Part shown: positions 48,311 through 62,100 of the stretch, piece after piece | Position numbering within the stretch: the first letter of the stretch is position 1 | Layout: every line of letters starts with the position of its first letter | DNA from: Malacoraja senta | Taxonomy: Eukaryota | DNA: 64,000 nucleotides | Direction: 5' to 3' | Assembly: GCA_038087875.1 (NCBI GenBank) | Contig: CM075997.1 | Coordinates: forward strand, 1,924,001 to 1,988,000 | Position numbers and translations under genes: made by a program | The notes under the pieces: model-generated | Seen by the model: only the letters and a program-made list of their open reading frames with translations | Told to the model about the DNA's origin: nothing | The model's database searches: none

Positions 48311-48889
48311 ATGAGATCATTCTTCATATCTTACCATGGCATATTAGTATCAGAAATTGAATGAGATTCAGTCAATGATTCCATGACACGTTATTGTCAC
48401 TTCTACCTAGGTACAGTGGAATTATTTGTTTTACATACACTTCGGTAAAATCACATAGTAGACCTCACAAAGAGTTGTCATGTTTCTGGTGCCAACAAAG
48501 TTACAAAAAGTTCAATGACCAGTCTTACCTTTTTGCAACGGCAAACCAAGCTTGCTGCTGCATGTGCCCCCCCCCCCCCCCCCCCCCCCCACTGGGTCCC
48601 CCGACAATCTTGGCGGTCCCCTGCTAGGTCCCCCTGTGTTCAGGAGTGAACAGGGTCCACTTTCTTCTTGTTTTTTTTTGTTGAGTGCCACCCAGTCAGT
48701 GGAAAGACTAAACATCAAGTTCAAGTTGAAGTTCACATTTATTGCACCAATTAAGGTACAGTGCAATTTGATTTACCATGCAGCCACACAATCAAAAAGA
48801 GCACAATACACAATAGAATATAACATGAACATCCACCACAGTGGAATCAACATTCTTCACTGTGGTGGAAGGCAGTAACGTTCAGTCAA

Positions 48890-49716
48890 ACATTACAATC
48901 AAGCCATCCACAGTGTACAGATACAGGATAAAGAGAATAACATTTGGTGAAATTCAGATACAGTTCAGTAAAGTCATATTGAAGATAGTCTGAGGGGTCT
49001 CCAATGAGGTAGATAGTAGTTCTGGATCGCACTCTAGTTCGTGATCAGAAGGTTCAATTGCTTGATAACAGCCGGGAAGTAACTGTTCCTGAATCTGGCG
49101 ATATTCGTTTTTCACACTTCTGTATCTTTTGCCTAATGGCAGAGGGTGGAAGAGGGTGTGACTGGGATGAGACTGGTCCTTGATTATGCTGGTGGCCTGG
49201 CCAAGGCAGTGTGTGTGTGTGAAGTATAGATAGAGTCAATGGAAGAGAAGTTGGTTTGTGTAATGGTCTGGGCTGCACTCACAATTCTCTGCAATTTCTT
49301 GCGGTCTCGGATGTACCTGTTCCCAAACCATGCTGTGGTGCATCCTGATAAAATGTTTTCTATTTTAGTAGAAATTGGTTAGAGCTGTTGGGGACATGCC
49401 GAACATCCTAAGCCTTCTAAGGACGTAGAGGTGTTGGTGTGCAATCTTGGCCATTGCTTCGATATGCCTGGTCCAGGGCATGTTGCTGTTGATATTTACT
49501 CCTAAGAACTTGAAGCTTTCAACCTTTTCCAATTTGGGTCGTCAATGTAGGTGTACCGCATTGCTTCCTGAAGTCGATCACAACCTCCTTTGTCTTGCTG
49601 ACATTGAGGGAAATGTCATTGTCTAGGCACCAGGTTACGAGGTTCTCAAATCCTTCCTGTACTCCGTCTCATCAGTATTTGTTATCCGGCCTACTGTAGT
49701 GGTGTCGTCTGCGAAC
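48890..49716 (-). mobile_element. Rex1-like LINE 3' fragment
   Basis: FADDTT..GRI and FKFLG remnants plus the shared 3' UTR. Confidence 0.7.
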
Positions 49717-49992
49717 AATGTTTCGGGTTGGAACCCTTCTTCGGACCCAAAGTCTGAAGCAGGGTTCCCTTCACGGATGCTGCCTGACCTACTGAGTTAT
49801 TACAGCACCTCTGTGTTTTGTTCAAAATTCCAGCATCTGCAGTTCTTTCTTTCTCAAGAAAATGTTCTTTAATATGTTAACTGTTCAAATTAAACAAAGC
49901 GTAAATGTACCTTGTGTCTTATTAGATTAGAAAGAAGATTTGATGTGTCAGCAAAAGACTTTTAAGGTTTTTCTGTAATTCTTTCTTGGCAG

Positions 49993-50139
49993 ATGGAGAT
50001 CATGGTTCAATCAAGCTGCTACACAGTCTCTGTCAATGGAAGGCACCTCTTCAACTACAACCACAGGCTGGAGCCCCTGAACCAGGTTGATCAACTGGAA
50101 GTCTATCATGACGTCAGCCTTTCTCTTGTGCAGTACTAA
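49993..50139 (+). CDS. lgals9: Galectin B terminal coding exon
   Basis: cttggcag|ATGGAG...TACTAA; MEIMVQSSCYTVSVNGRHLFNYNHRLEPLNQVDQLEVYHDVSLSLVQY*. Confidence 0.93.
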   Translation: MEIMVQSSCYTVSVNGRHLFNYNHRLEPLNQVDQLEVYHDVSLSLVQY

Positions 50140-52324
50140 TGTTTTGAAGTAAACAATCTGCTTTATCCAGAAAACAAAATCAGCATAATCTTCCCAAATT
50201 CTCATTTTTAACCCTCAACATTTTTGGTGATCAATCCATAGTTGAACATCCATTTCACATCAATCAAAGGAAGCCATGTTATTGAGTGGGTGAAGGTCAA
50301 CGTCACTTTTGCATTGGTACATGAACCAGCAGATTGGCTTTGGCTGGTCCTAGTGCACCAGATTAGTTTGCAGGTCCAGCTGTAGTTTATATTGACCCAG
50401 TGTATTAGTATCATGCAGTTCTATATTAGTAAAGGAGAATGCAACAGCCAAATGTCATCAAGTATATGCAGTGGGTGCCAACCTGATCGCCACTCGGTTC
50501 CCTATGATGCTGTTAAGGTTGGGGAAGAGGCCAACTATTCCCTAGTTTTCCTCTACCCTTGATTAGCAGTGCTTGTGTATTAGTTGCTGAAAAGATGCAT
50601 CCTGGCAGAGACAGATGGAAGAGGAATTCAACCTTTCGCCTGATTTATCTGTTGTTAAACTATATCAAAGCAATTAACGCTCCCTAACTGGATTAGAAAC
50701 ATAGAAAATAGGAGCATGAGTAGGCCATTCGGCCCTTCGAGCCTGCACCGCCATTCAATATGATCATGGCTGATTAGAGTTCCATAATCATGCAGTCTGA
50801 AGAAGGGTTTCGGCCCGAAACGTTACCTATTTCCTTCGCTCCATAGATGCTGCTGCACCCGCTGAGTTTCTCCAGCATTTTTGTGTACCTGGCAGAGACA
50901 GAGACTGGCCTTGGAAGAGGAATTCAACCTTTCGCCTGATTTATCTGTTGTTAAACTATATCAAAGCAATTAACACTCCCTAACTGGATTAGAAACATAG
51001 AAAATAGGAGCATGAGTAGGCCATTCGGCCCTTCGAGCCTGCACCGCCATTCAATATGATCATGGCTGATTAGAGTTCCATAATCATAATTGCTCACTGA
51101 AACAAGATTACTAAGAAATGTATACATAAATGTTTTATTTGTATCTTGCTCGCTGAATACGTTTTATATGATTGCAAAAAAACAACCTGGTTTATTGGTT
51201 ATCTTGCCAGGGAGGTAAAACAGCCCAGATCATCGAGTTCAAAAGCATCTGGAATTGGAAGGTGCTGGTGATACAGGGCCCTTAGTAGGAAATAGTCATG
51301 CAGCACGGAAACTGACCCTGCAGCCCAATTCATCCATGCCAAGACTGTGCACGAGTGTGCATTCACCGTATCTATTCCTCCTCAGAGTTTTACACACCTC
51401 TGCAAGATCAACCCAACTTTCTACACTCCAAGGAATGAGGTCCTAGCCTGACTAATATCTTCCTATAGCGCAGGTCCTCATATCCTGGCTATATTCTTGT
51501 AAACCTTCTCTCTATACTTTCCAGTTCAGGGCAAAGGCTTTACTGACGAGAGAGTGTGAAGTGATATCCCCCAAAGACAAAACCCTCTGGCTGTTGCCTA
51601 GTCTCAGCCTGGGGAAAGTTCTGTATGATTCAAAGGTCCAATGAAACTGAACTCAGTGCAAAGGTTACAGTAAATGGTGTTGAATTCCCCACTAAATATT
51701 TAATTAACTCAGTCCCAACAGAGTAGAAGGAGACTGGGACTTGCTTTTATTATCTTTGAGAGATCATTTTGGTGAGTTTGCACGCCATTACTCCATTACA
51801 GGAAACAGACCTAATGATGAATAGGACAGTCAAAGAGGGTATAGGCTAAAGGTGAGAGGGGAGAAATGTAAAGCTGATCTGAGAGACATGTTTTTTCACA
51901 GAGGATGGGTGATTATCTGGAATGAGGTGCCAGAGCAGTTAGTAGCAGTAGATGCAATTACAATGTTTAAGAGAAATTTGGACAGGAAAGTTGAGGATAT
52001 TGAGCCTATTGAAGGTAAATAGAATTAGCATAGATAGGCATCACGGTGGCATGGATGCGGTGGATCGGAGAGTCTATTTCTGCTCTTCATGATTCTATGA
52101 ATATTTGTTCTATCGCAACTTGTTTCGCTGATTGCATCAACATCCCAAGTTCATGAAACATGCATGGTCAGCTGTTGAAATATTTGACCATCAAGAAACA
52201 AATTATTAATCACGTTCAGCATCTTTGACATTCCATTATCACAAGAATTGCTGCTTAGTTGCTAAGAAAAGTTTTTATACCTTTTCCATGGCTACCTGGA
52301 TAAATAAAAGAATTTAGCGGATGC

Positions 52325-52535
52325 AGAAACGACGACCAAGTTTTCTGAACAGTTTTTATTATACATTCACTCCTTGGCAAACAGGTCTCTGCAAACACGT
52401 CTGATCACAACGGTGGTCAGCAAAACAACTGTGGCGCGAAAGCGAAACCGCGCGAAAATAGCAGCCCCTCCCGAGTCACGTGACCGCAGCTTCCGAACGC
52501 CGGGTTCGATATCTGCCTGCGCCAGCAGGCAGATA
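52325..52535 (-). mobile_element. Solo LTR related to the Gypsy LTRs
   Basis: Shares acacgtctg..acaacggtggtcagc, gcgcgaaa.gc.aaaccgcgcgaaa and gaacgccgggttcgata.ctgc.tgcgccagcagg with 59200-59320. Confidence 0.75.
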
Positions 52536-52636
52536 CAAGAAAAAGCGTACCGTAGTCTCAAGACAAAATCATAAAGAATTAAATTACATGATATGATATC
52601 AAGTATTGGATCATAAAGTAGAAGTACTTTGCATTA

Positions 52637-54422
52637 TCTATCTATATTTAAAACTCTGTGTGTGTGTGTGTGTGTGTCTGTTTGACTTGTGCCAGCCAGC
52701 CTTTGATTCCTCGCTACGCCAACACTGCACGCAGAAACGCCGAGATTTTTTCCATTTCGGTAGAGATTTCACTTTTCTTTGCGAGTAGCCACTCCTGATT
52801 AAATTTCGTCGTGTTTATGTACACATTTTAAATAAAATCCTTCTCCCCCCCCCCCCCCCCCAACCCCCAAAATTTCAAAATGTTTTCAAAAAAACAGATC
52901 TCACCCATAGAATGTTGGTGAAGGTTCCGTCGTGTGATGTCACAATGCCCAATGCTCACAGATGTCCAATCGGAATGGATCCATTTACATATGCCTTTGC
53001 AGCAGCCCCAGCCCCTCCCCCCACCCCCGCAGCCTGTGTCGAAGCGCATCATCACGTGTGTGGGAATAGAGAAAGAGGATTGGGGGTGATAGGGAATGGG
53101 GAACAGATGGACTGTCCCTACCCCTGCCCCTACCACTCTCCCTCCCTACTATTTCCCCTCTCTCCCCCCACCCCTCTCCCCCTCCCTCCACACTCTTCCT
53201 ACTCCCCCCCTACCCCATCTCCCTCCTCCCCTCCCTCCCCCACACCTCTCTCCCCCTCCCCCTCCCACTCTCCCTCCCCACTCTTTCCCCTCCCCCCCCC
53301 ACCCCTCTCCACACTCTTCTCCCTCCCTCCCCACCTCTCTCCCTCCCCCTCCCTCTCTCTTCCCCCTACTCCTCTCTCCCCCTCACCTCATCCCCTCTCT
53401 CCACCTCTCCCACCCCCTACCCCCCCTCTCCCACCCCCTACCCCCTTCCTGCCCTCCCCACTCTCCTCCCACTCCCCATTCTCCTCCCCCTCCCTCTCCC
53501 CCACCCTGCTCTCCTTTCCCTCCCCAATCTCTCCCCTTTCCTCCTCCCCCTCTCCCCTCCCTCCCCCTCTCCCCTCCCTCCCCTCTTCTCTCCCCACCCC
53601 GTCTCCCTCTCCCTCCCCTCTTCTCTCCCCACCCCGTCTCCCTCTCCCCCCTCCCCCCGCCTGTGTGTTTGGGGGGTGGTTAGTGTGAGTGTGATGCTGC
53701 AGCCACCACCCCCCCCTCCGCAAACGCACGTTGGGTAAACAGCCCGCCAACAGTCTCTCTGTCTTTAAGAAGGAACTGCAGATGCTGGAAAATCGAAGGT
53801 ACACAAAAAAAAGCTGGATAAACTCAGCGGGTACAGCAGCATCTATGGATCGAAGGAAATAGGCAACGTTGCCTATTTCCTTCGCTCCATAGATGCTGCT
53901 GCACCCGCTGAGTTTCTCCAGCTTTTTTTTTTGTACCAGTCTCTCTGTCTCTCCCCTCTCTCTCTCTGCTCTTCTCTCTTCACAGCCCACGGCTCGACTC
54001 ATGCACGCCCGCTCCAACCCCCCCCCTTCACCTCTCTTCCCCATCCTCACCTTCCTCTCTCCCCCCCCTCTCTCCCCCTCCTCTCTCCCCCTCCTCTCTC
54101 CCCCTCCTCCCCTTCATCTCCCCCCTTCCTCTCCACCCTCCTCACATTTTTTCTAACATTAAATTTTCTCTCTCTGCCCCCCCCCTCTCTAGACGCACCT
54201 GAGAGGTGAGGGCTATTCGTCAGTGGATAGTGTAAAATAAGCCAATTAATAAAATTAAGATAATATCAAGGGGTGTGATGAGTGTGTGTGTTTGTGGGTG
54301 CCAGATTCCCACCCCGCAACCGTGCTTTGGAGGAACAGACCCAACGGTTAGTGTGACGCCGCATCACCCCCCCGCAAACGCACGTTGGGGAAACAGACCC
54401 AACGGGTCTGCACTTGGTCTAG
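52637..54422 (+). mobile_element. Non-autonomous Helitron with a C/T-rich core
   Basis: A|TCTATCTATATT start; CAGACCC-aac-GGGTCTG hairpin at 54394-54410; ends CTAG|T. Confidence 0.8.
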
Positions 54423-55499
54423 TGACTTAATAAAACTCTAAGCAAACATTTACTGCCCCAGCCAAGCCCTAAACCTCCACAAAAATAAATTGTTGTTGGA
54501 TTCTTTGAAAAAATAAATAATTAATGTTTCGGTCTGGATTTACGCCAGAACTGAGATGTTACCAGAAAAGGATAAGCAAACTAGGATGATTTAGGATGAG
54601 ACAGTGATCCATCTTCAGCCCTGACCCCGCCCTTTCTACATCCCTTCCGAAAAGCCTCTTAATCAGCACCACTATATCTGCTTCCAGTACCACTTCTGGC
54701 AGCGTGTTGCATGCACCCACCACTCTCTGTGTAAAAAAATCTGCTCCGAACATCCCTGTCAACTTTGACCCTCTCACATTGGTCATGCCAAGATAAGGAC
54801 TGCACAGGGAGAAGGGAGTCATAAAGTATGTCAATTTCCATGCAGTGCAGAACAAGGCCATATCTGTCCATTGAGTCCATGTAACTTTATGGAGCAATCT
54901 TGTTCCCCCACTAATTTTCCATCTCCCTATTCTCCCCACATTTCCAAAATGGGTGAACAAGAGGAAGATGACTGAACTTTATTGCCTTCCCTCACAGTGG
55001 GAAACGTTGATTCCGCTGTGGTGGATGTTCATGTTAAATTCTATAGTGTTGTGTTCATTTTATTTTATTAGTGTGGCTGTATGGTAACTCAAATTTCACT
55101 GCACCAATTGATGTATGTGACAATAAGTGTAACTTGAACTTGTCAGGAAGAGCTGAAGGTAAATAGTGCCGAAGTCCCGTGTGGCCATTCTCCTCTGCAA
55201 GAGATATATTGCTTTGGATACTAATGGGGAAGGTCCTAGTGGCATCTAAGAGACTTTTAGACAGGCACACAGACATCCACACGCATTTAGCCACCGTGTT
55301 CTGGTCATTGTGGGTGGCTCAGCTGAGCAGCAGGGAAGGGAAAAGAATGAGAAGGCTATAGAGAGGGAAATCAATTGTGAGAGGAATGGCTGTGTGTGTC
55401 TCCCGCAGCAAATCGGACTATAGAAGACCTCCAGGAGGGCATACTACCTCACTGTTGCTAAGGTCAAGGCTGTATCTCTAAACTAAACTGAACTAAACT

Positions 55500-56570
55500 A
55501 TTTCACATCATCCAAAGAAGCCATTTTGTTGAGTGGGTGAAGGTCAACATCACTTTTGCATTGGTACATGAACCAATACCATTGATTCCCAGCAGGTTGG
55601 CTTTGGCTGGTCCTAGTGCACCAGATTAGTTTGCAGGTCCAGCTGTAGTTTATAGTGACCAAGTGTATTAGTATCATGCAGTTCTATATTAGTAAAGGAG
55701 AATGCAACAGCCAAATGTTATCAAGGACTGTATGCAGTGGGTGCCAACCTGATCGCCACTCGGTTCCCTGCTTGATCCTGTTAAGGTTGGGGAAGAAGCC
55801 AGCCATTTACTTGTTTCCCACTACCCTTGACAAAGCAGAGTTTTTGTATTACTTGCTGAAAAAATGTATCCTGGCAGGGACGAATACTGGCTTTGGAAGA
55901 TCTGCAGTTCCTTCTTTCTCAGCCAAAGGTTCCATGATATATTAACCTGTCGACTTGTCTGAAGAAGGGTTTCGGCCCGAAACGTTACCTATTTCCTTCG
56001 CTCCATAGATGCTGCTGCACGCGCTGAGTTTCTCCAGCAATTTTGTCTACCTTGGAGAAACTCCGCGGGTGCAGCAGCATCTATGGAGCGAAGGAAATAG
56101 GCAACGTTTTGGGCCGAAACCCTTCCGGGTTTCGGCCCGAAACGTTGCCTATTTCCTTCAGGGTTTCGGCCCGAAACGTTGCCTATTTCCTTCGCTCCAT
56201 AGATGCTGCTGCACCCGCTGAGTTTCTCCAGCATTTTTGTGTACCTTCCATTTTCCAGCATCTGCAGTTCCTTCTTTAACACTTTTTGACTCTTGGTACT
56301 TTGTCACAGAGGTTAAAACCAATCAACCTCTTTTGTTACTCAAACTATTCCACGTGTAAGTGTACCTTGTGGCTGATTAGATTAGAAAGAGGTGGGGATT
56401 CATAAAATATTATTTGTATCTTGGCCACTATAAAGAACCTGCTTCATTGATTTTCTTGCCAAGGGAGTTAAATCAGCTGAGATCAATCAAGAGCAAGAGA
56501 AGCATCAGGAATTGGAAGGTGCTGATTACACGGGACCATTTGTAGGAAATTGTCATGCAGCACGGAGACT
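55500..56570 (+). pseudogene. Non-coding duplicated remnant of a galectin gene 3' region
   Basis: 55500-55900 matches 50250-50620; 56355-56395 matches 49900-49940; 56400-56570 matches 51125-51315; no coding exon retained. Confidence 0.6.
55956..56280. repeat. Cluster of tandem and inverted Penelope-derived repeats
   Basis: Four copies of gggtttcggcccgaaacgtt-like units in mixed orientation. Confidence 0.8.
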
Positions 56571-57828
56571 GCCTCCTCTGGCTGCTCGTCCCATGTACAC
56601 ACCACCCTCTGTGTGAAAAAGGTTCCCCTCAGGGTAGTATTAATTAAATAACGGACAATAGGTCAAAATACGGGACAAATTCCCGACGGCAATTCGTTGA
56701 CCGACTCGGCCATGGCTGGGTGAATGATGAGTTTGGCCCGGGTGCTGGACCGCACACAACAAAGCCCAGCAGGCAGGCCAGCTGAGGAGTTTTGACCCAT
56801 GCCGCCGCGCAATGTCCGGCACCCCATCCAACTCATGAACCAATGATCGGCCATGAGAAGGAGGGGTTGTGGTGTCAGCGGTAAGCGAAGGTCCGAAGGT
56901 CGGACAGCTGGCCGGGCTGCCGACCGACGGGGCCACGGGCGAGGCGCTGCTGCACTCCATGGGCTGCACTACGTCGGGACGGATGGGGCGGGGCTGGACT
57001 CGGCCTAATCTGTGAGACCTAGCCCAAATGATTGGTTTTAACCTCTGTGACAAAGTACCAAGAGTCCACATTCTGGACAAGGAACATACAACATAGAACA
57101 GCAGAGTCCATCGTCCCACAATGTTTGTGTCAAACATAATGCCAGAACCAAATTTTATCTGCCTGCACATAATCCATATCCCTCCATTTCCTGCATATCC
57201 ATATGCCTATCCAAAAGTTGCTTGAATACCACTATCATATCTGCCTCCACCACCACCTTTGGCAGCGCGTTCCAGCCACTCACTGCCATCACCTCTGTGT
57301 AAAAGATTTTTCCCACACATCTTTAAACTTTGCCCCTCTATGCCCTCTAGTATTTGATATTTCCATCCTGGGAAAAGGGTTCTGACTGGCCTACGTATGA
57401 TGGGTGTATGTATCATACCCATACACCCATCACACCCTCATCCAGCCCCACACACCCGGCCATCCTCACCCACACCCATCAGTCTCCGGTCGGGACCATG
57501 ACCATGACCAGGCCCCGGGCCCACTCACTTGTAGAAGCTGATCCTCCTGTTGTCCGCCGCCAGCTGGCCCGCGTGGAAGCCGCGTGCACTCCCTCACCGC
57601 GCAGTTCTTGGGCATGGCGCGCACGGCCAACGGCTTCCCGTTCAAATTCAAACCCAAACCCCAACGGCCGGACTCCGGCGACGCCCCGCACACGCGCGCG
57701 GAAACCCCGCTCCGGCTACCCTTGACTCCCGTCACGATGCCGGACGCCCATCTCAAACATGGCGGCGCCCAGCCTGGCGTACGGCACTTCAGATATGGCT
57801 CGCCATATTTGTTTCTGGCGCCTCACTG

Positions 57829-58862
57829 TAGCAATGTTACAAAATGTTGAGATTTTAAAAATCAAGTCTGCAATTTATCCCATCAGATAAAGCATAAAAA
57901 GAAGGTTAATTTGACACCTAATTCACTTTCATATTTTCAGTATTAAAAAAAGTTATGGCCATTTTCATACTCGGAAATTAGCATCTTGTTCCCTATTGCT
58001 TTTCCATTGACAACTCAAAAGCGGTGATCAAGGACAGTCAAAAGCCCATAACTTTCTTAAAAATTAGGAGAACTGAATGAAATTTTCAGTTATTATAGAT
58101 TGAAGCATTCTGAAACAAATATGAAACAATCTTACTTGGATGACCTGAAATTAAAGCATATAATTAGTTAGTTACCTAATTGTAGCTAATTACAAAATTC
58201 AATTACTAGATCTAAACATCTATCCATTTCTTAAGAAAAGGTTAACATTTTTAAATAGCCTAAGTGTCCAAATAACATTCACACAAGAATTCACAATATA
58301 ACATGATTTTAATATCTCATTGTCATGAATTTGTAGGCCAAATGGAAGGAAATTAGTGTTTAATTCCCATAAATTAATGGCCATTTTAATCATCTTGCGA
58401 GTGGGATTTTGTGGAACGGGATCAATTGGAACGTTGCGGTTTGCGGTGAATTTAAACCCCATATCGGCAGGAAAAACACTGCCGGTTCGTATGGGGCCTA
58501 AATCACCTTTTCGCAACGTAAAATTTGGATTAAAGTAATCATAAGAAGCACGTTTATATGTAAAATAAACGGCTTACCTTTATCTGTCCCGTACGGGAGA
58601 TCCGTCCCGTTGACGGCGTTAGAAGTCGATTTTTATTTTACTCCAGCAATTAAATTATCCAGCGATGTTTGAAAAAAACTTGATAGAACGGATGGCGGAG
58701 CGATTTCTCTGCAGGAGCTAAACAGCCTGAGAAAATCGACTCCCGACAGGCAGGAGAAAACGGCATTTTAATCCCGCCCCCCCTCTCAAAGGCGCCAAAG
58801 TCGCGCACACAGCCAGTGGCAGAACTGCAGCGCCGCTGAAGGTAAGTTTTGTAACATACCTA
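57829..58862. mobile_element. Non-autonomous DNA transposon, about 1 kb
   Basis: TAGCAATGTTACAAAA / TTTTGTAACATACCTA imperfect TIRs. A second copy starts at 59046, is interrupted by the Gypsy element and resumes at about 63600-64000. Confidence 0.7.
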
Positions 58863-59121
58863 TACATATGTCTTCTTTACCACTCTATCTACTGTTGTTG
58901 TTGAACATGGCTGAATTACATCTTTAACAAACTGAATGAAGGCGTGAAATGTATCTGAAGTCATTTTTTTTAAACAAACGTTCATTTCAAAAATTACGAT
59001 GAATTAAAAAAGCTTTTGTTGTAGCTGGCCATCAGTGGCAGTGAGTAGCAATGTTACAAAATTTTGCAAGACTGCAATTTATCCCATCAGATAAAGCATA
59101 AAAATAAGTTTAATTTGACAC

Positions 59122-62100
59122 TTTGGCGGTCGCAAGAACGACAACTGAGTTTTCAAACATTTTTATTCAGAAAATAACTTCTCAGTTTACAGGCTCTCAC
59201 AACACGTCTGGCCTCAACGGTGGTCAGCTCTGAACTGCCGCGCGAAAGCAAAACCGCGCGAAAACAGGCAGCCCCTCCCGCTTTCGAACGCCGGGTTCGA
59301 TACCTGCGTGCGCCAGCAGGCGCCGCTACACGGCCCCCCCCCAGAATCCGCGGTACGGTAACGCGCGGGTAACCGGACGGTTCGACCGTAGCGCGTAGTC
59401 CGAGGTCGCGGGGCGAGCGTAACAGTAGGGGCCGGCAAAACAGAACCGGAGGGACACGACGAACGCGCACGAGGGACGGGCGTAACAGAGGGGACCAGTG
59501 GAACATACCCGGTGGTAACAGGTGCAGAGGGTGGCAAAACGGCCGGTGGACGTCCTCTACGCCGCGGAGTGGCCACCGCCACCGGGCTATCCTCGTCGAC
59601 GTGTGCTGGCTTAAGGCGGCTCAGGGAGACGAACTCCTCCTTGCCATCCATGTCCAACGTAAACGTCGAGATACCAGTCCTTAACACCCTGTACGGACCT
59701 TCGTACACCCGCTGTAACGGCGAGCGGTGAGCATCCCTACGAAGGAAAACATAAGCACAATCCCGTAACATAGTAGGCACATGCACCGCAGACGACCCGT
59801 GCCGGGAAGTGGGAACCGGGACCAAAGCGTGCGCCCACTCGCGAAGGTCAGCCAACATTGTCGAAGCCGGGACCTCCTGATCCTGGCGGACGGGCAGAAA
59901 ATCCCCAGGTACCCGCAAAACCGAGCCGTAAACCAGCTCGGCTGAGGAGGCATTGAGGTCCTCCTTAGGCATAGTTCTGATGCCTAGGAGAACCCAAGGC
60001 AACTGGTCGAGCCGGTGAGCCGAGCTTTCAACGCCGACTTCAGGTGCCTGTAGAACCGCTCGACCAAACCGTTGGACTCTGGATGATACGCGGTGGTCTG
60101 GTGCAGCTTCGCACCGTACAGCTGCGCCATACCACTCCACAGAGTGAACTGGGCCCCTTGAACTGGGCCCCTCGAACGTGAACTGGGCCCCTCGATCAGT
60201 AGTCATAACGGAAGGAACCCCGAAACGAGCGATCCAATGTGAGACGATAGCCCGCGCACAAGCCTCAGCGGAGGTATCAGCTAACGGTATCGCCTCCGCC
60301 CACCTGGTAAACCTGTCCACGATAGTCAGTAGGTGAGTGGCCCCGCGCGAACACGGCAAGGGACCCACCAGGTCGACATGGATGTGCAGGAACCTGCCGT
60401 CTGGAACAGCGAAATACTGCACGGGCGGGCACACATGCACCTTGGAAGTCTGACAGGGGATACAAGAACGGGCCCACGCTGCGACCTGCTTCCGCAACCC
60501 ATGCCAGACGAACTTGGCCGCAACCAGGCCAGAGGTGGCACGAATGGGCGGGTGCGCTAGGCTGTGCATGGTGTCCAAAATCCGACGCCTCCAGGCAATC
60601 GGGACAATGGGACGGGCTTTGCCCGTGGAGACATCACAAAGGACCCGCACGCCGGCGGCACCGCCGGACACCTTGGCCAACTTAAGGCCCGACTCAGCAT
60701 TGTGGTAAACCTCCATACCGGCATCTACCTGTTGGGCAGCGGCCAGCTCCTCATAATCCACACCTAGGCTTAAAGCGGAAACCTCTGGGGCTGCCGGACG
60801 GGACAGCGTGTTAGCCACAACGTTCAGCTTCCCCGCCACATGCCGAATATCAGATGTGAATTCGGATATGTAGGCGAGGTGCCTCTGCTGCCTGGCGGAC
60901 TAGGGATCGGACACCTTGGTCAAAGCGGTCGTGAGTGGCATGTGGTCTGTGAATGCAGTGAACGCGCGCCCCTCCAGGAAATAACGGAAATGGTGGATCA
61001 CTAGGTAGAGTGCGAGGAGTTCACGATCGAAAGCACTGTACTTAACCTCGGGGGCTCGCAGCTGCCTGCTGAAAAATGCCAGCGGCACCCAGCGGCTACC
61101 TACTCGTTGTTTGAGGACAGCACCCACCGCGACGTCGGATGCGTCCACGGTGAGGGCCGTTTGGGCTGACGCCCTAGGGTGAACTAGCATAATGGCGTTG
61201 GCCAATGCTGCCTTAGCCCCGTCGAAAGCCGTCTCGGCCTCTTTGGACCAGACCAGGTCCTTAGACTTACTGGCCAGACACTGGAACAACGGCCGCATGA
61301 TGGCGGCTGCTGACGGGATGAATCGGTGGTAGAAATTGACCATTCTGATAAATTCTTGCAGATCCTAGACAGATAGAGGCCTCGGGAAGCGACCTTCTCG
61401 GGCAGCGGCTGTGCGCCGTGACAGGTAATGCTGTGACACAAAAAGGAAATGGAACGCAATCCGAACTGGCACTTCGCAGGGTTGATCACCAACCCGTGTT
61501 TGCGCAGCCGTTCGAAAAGCAGGCGGAGATGCTTAACGTGCTCTGCCTGCTGGCCACCAGCATATCATCGAGGTAGATGAATATGAACGGCAAACCCCGG
61601 CCGACCTGATCCATTAGCCTTTGGAACGCCTGAGCAACGTTCTTCAGGCCAAAAGGCATTCTTCGCCATTCGAAAAGGCCAAAAGGGGTGATGGTGGCCG
61701 TCTTACGGACGTCGTCAAGATGGACTGGAATTTGGTCGACCGCGAACGAGGTCGACCTTCAAGAAAAAGGTTGCGTCCTCCAGATGAGCCGAGAAATCCT
61801 GGATGTTCGGGACTGGATACCGATCTGCCTTGGTTACGGCGTTAAGATACCTGTAATCACCGCAAGGTCTCCAACCCCCGGACGCTTTGGGTACCATGTG
61901 CAGCGGGGAAGCCCAAGGGCTATCCGACTGCCAGACAATCCCCATGTCCTCCATAAGCTGGAACTCGTCTCGTGCGATGCGCAGTTTATCGCGCGGGAGG
62001 TGGCGCGCGTGGGCGTGAACCGGTGGGCCCTCGGTAGGAATGTGGTGGACCACGCCATGACGGGGCGCAGCCCTGTCGAACCGGGGCGTGAGCAACCCTA

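Noticed and set aside
52912..54209. Pro-rich and Gly/Glu-rich ORFs
   Set aside because: Low-complexity interior of a Helitron.
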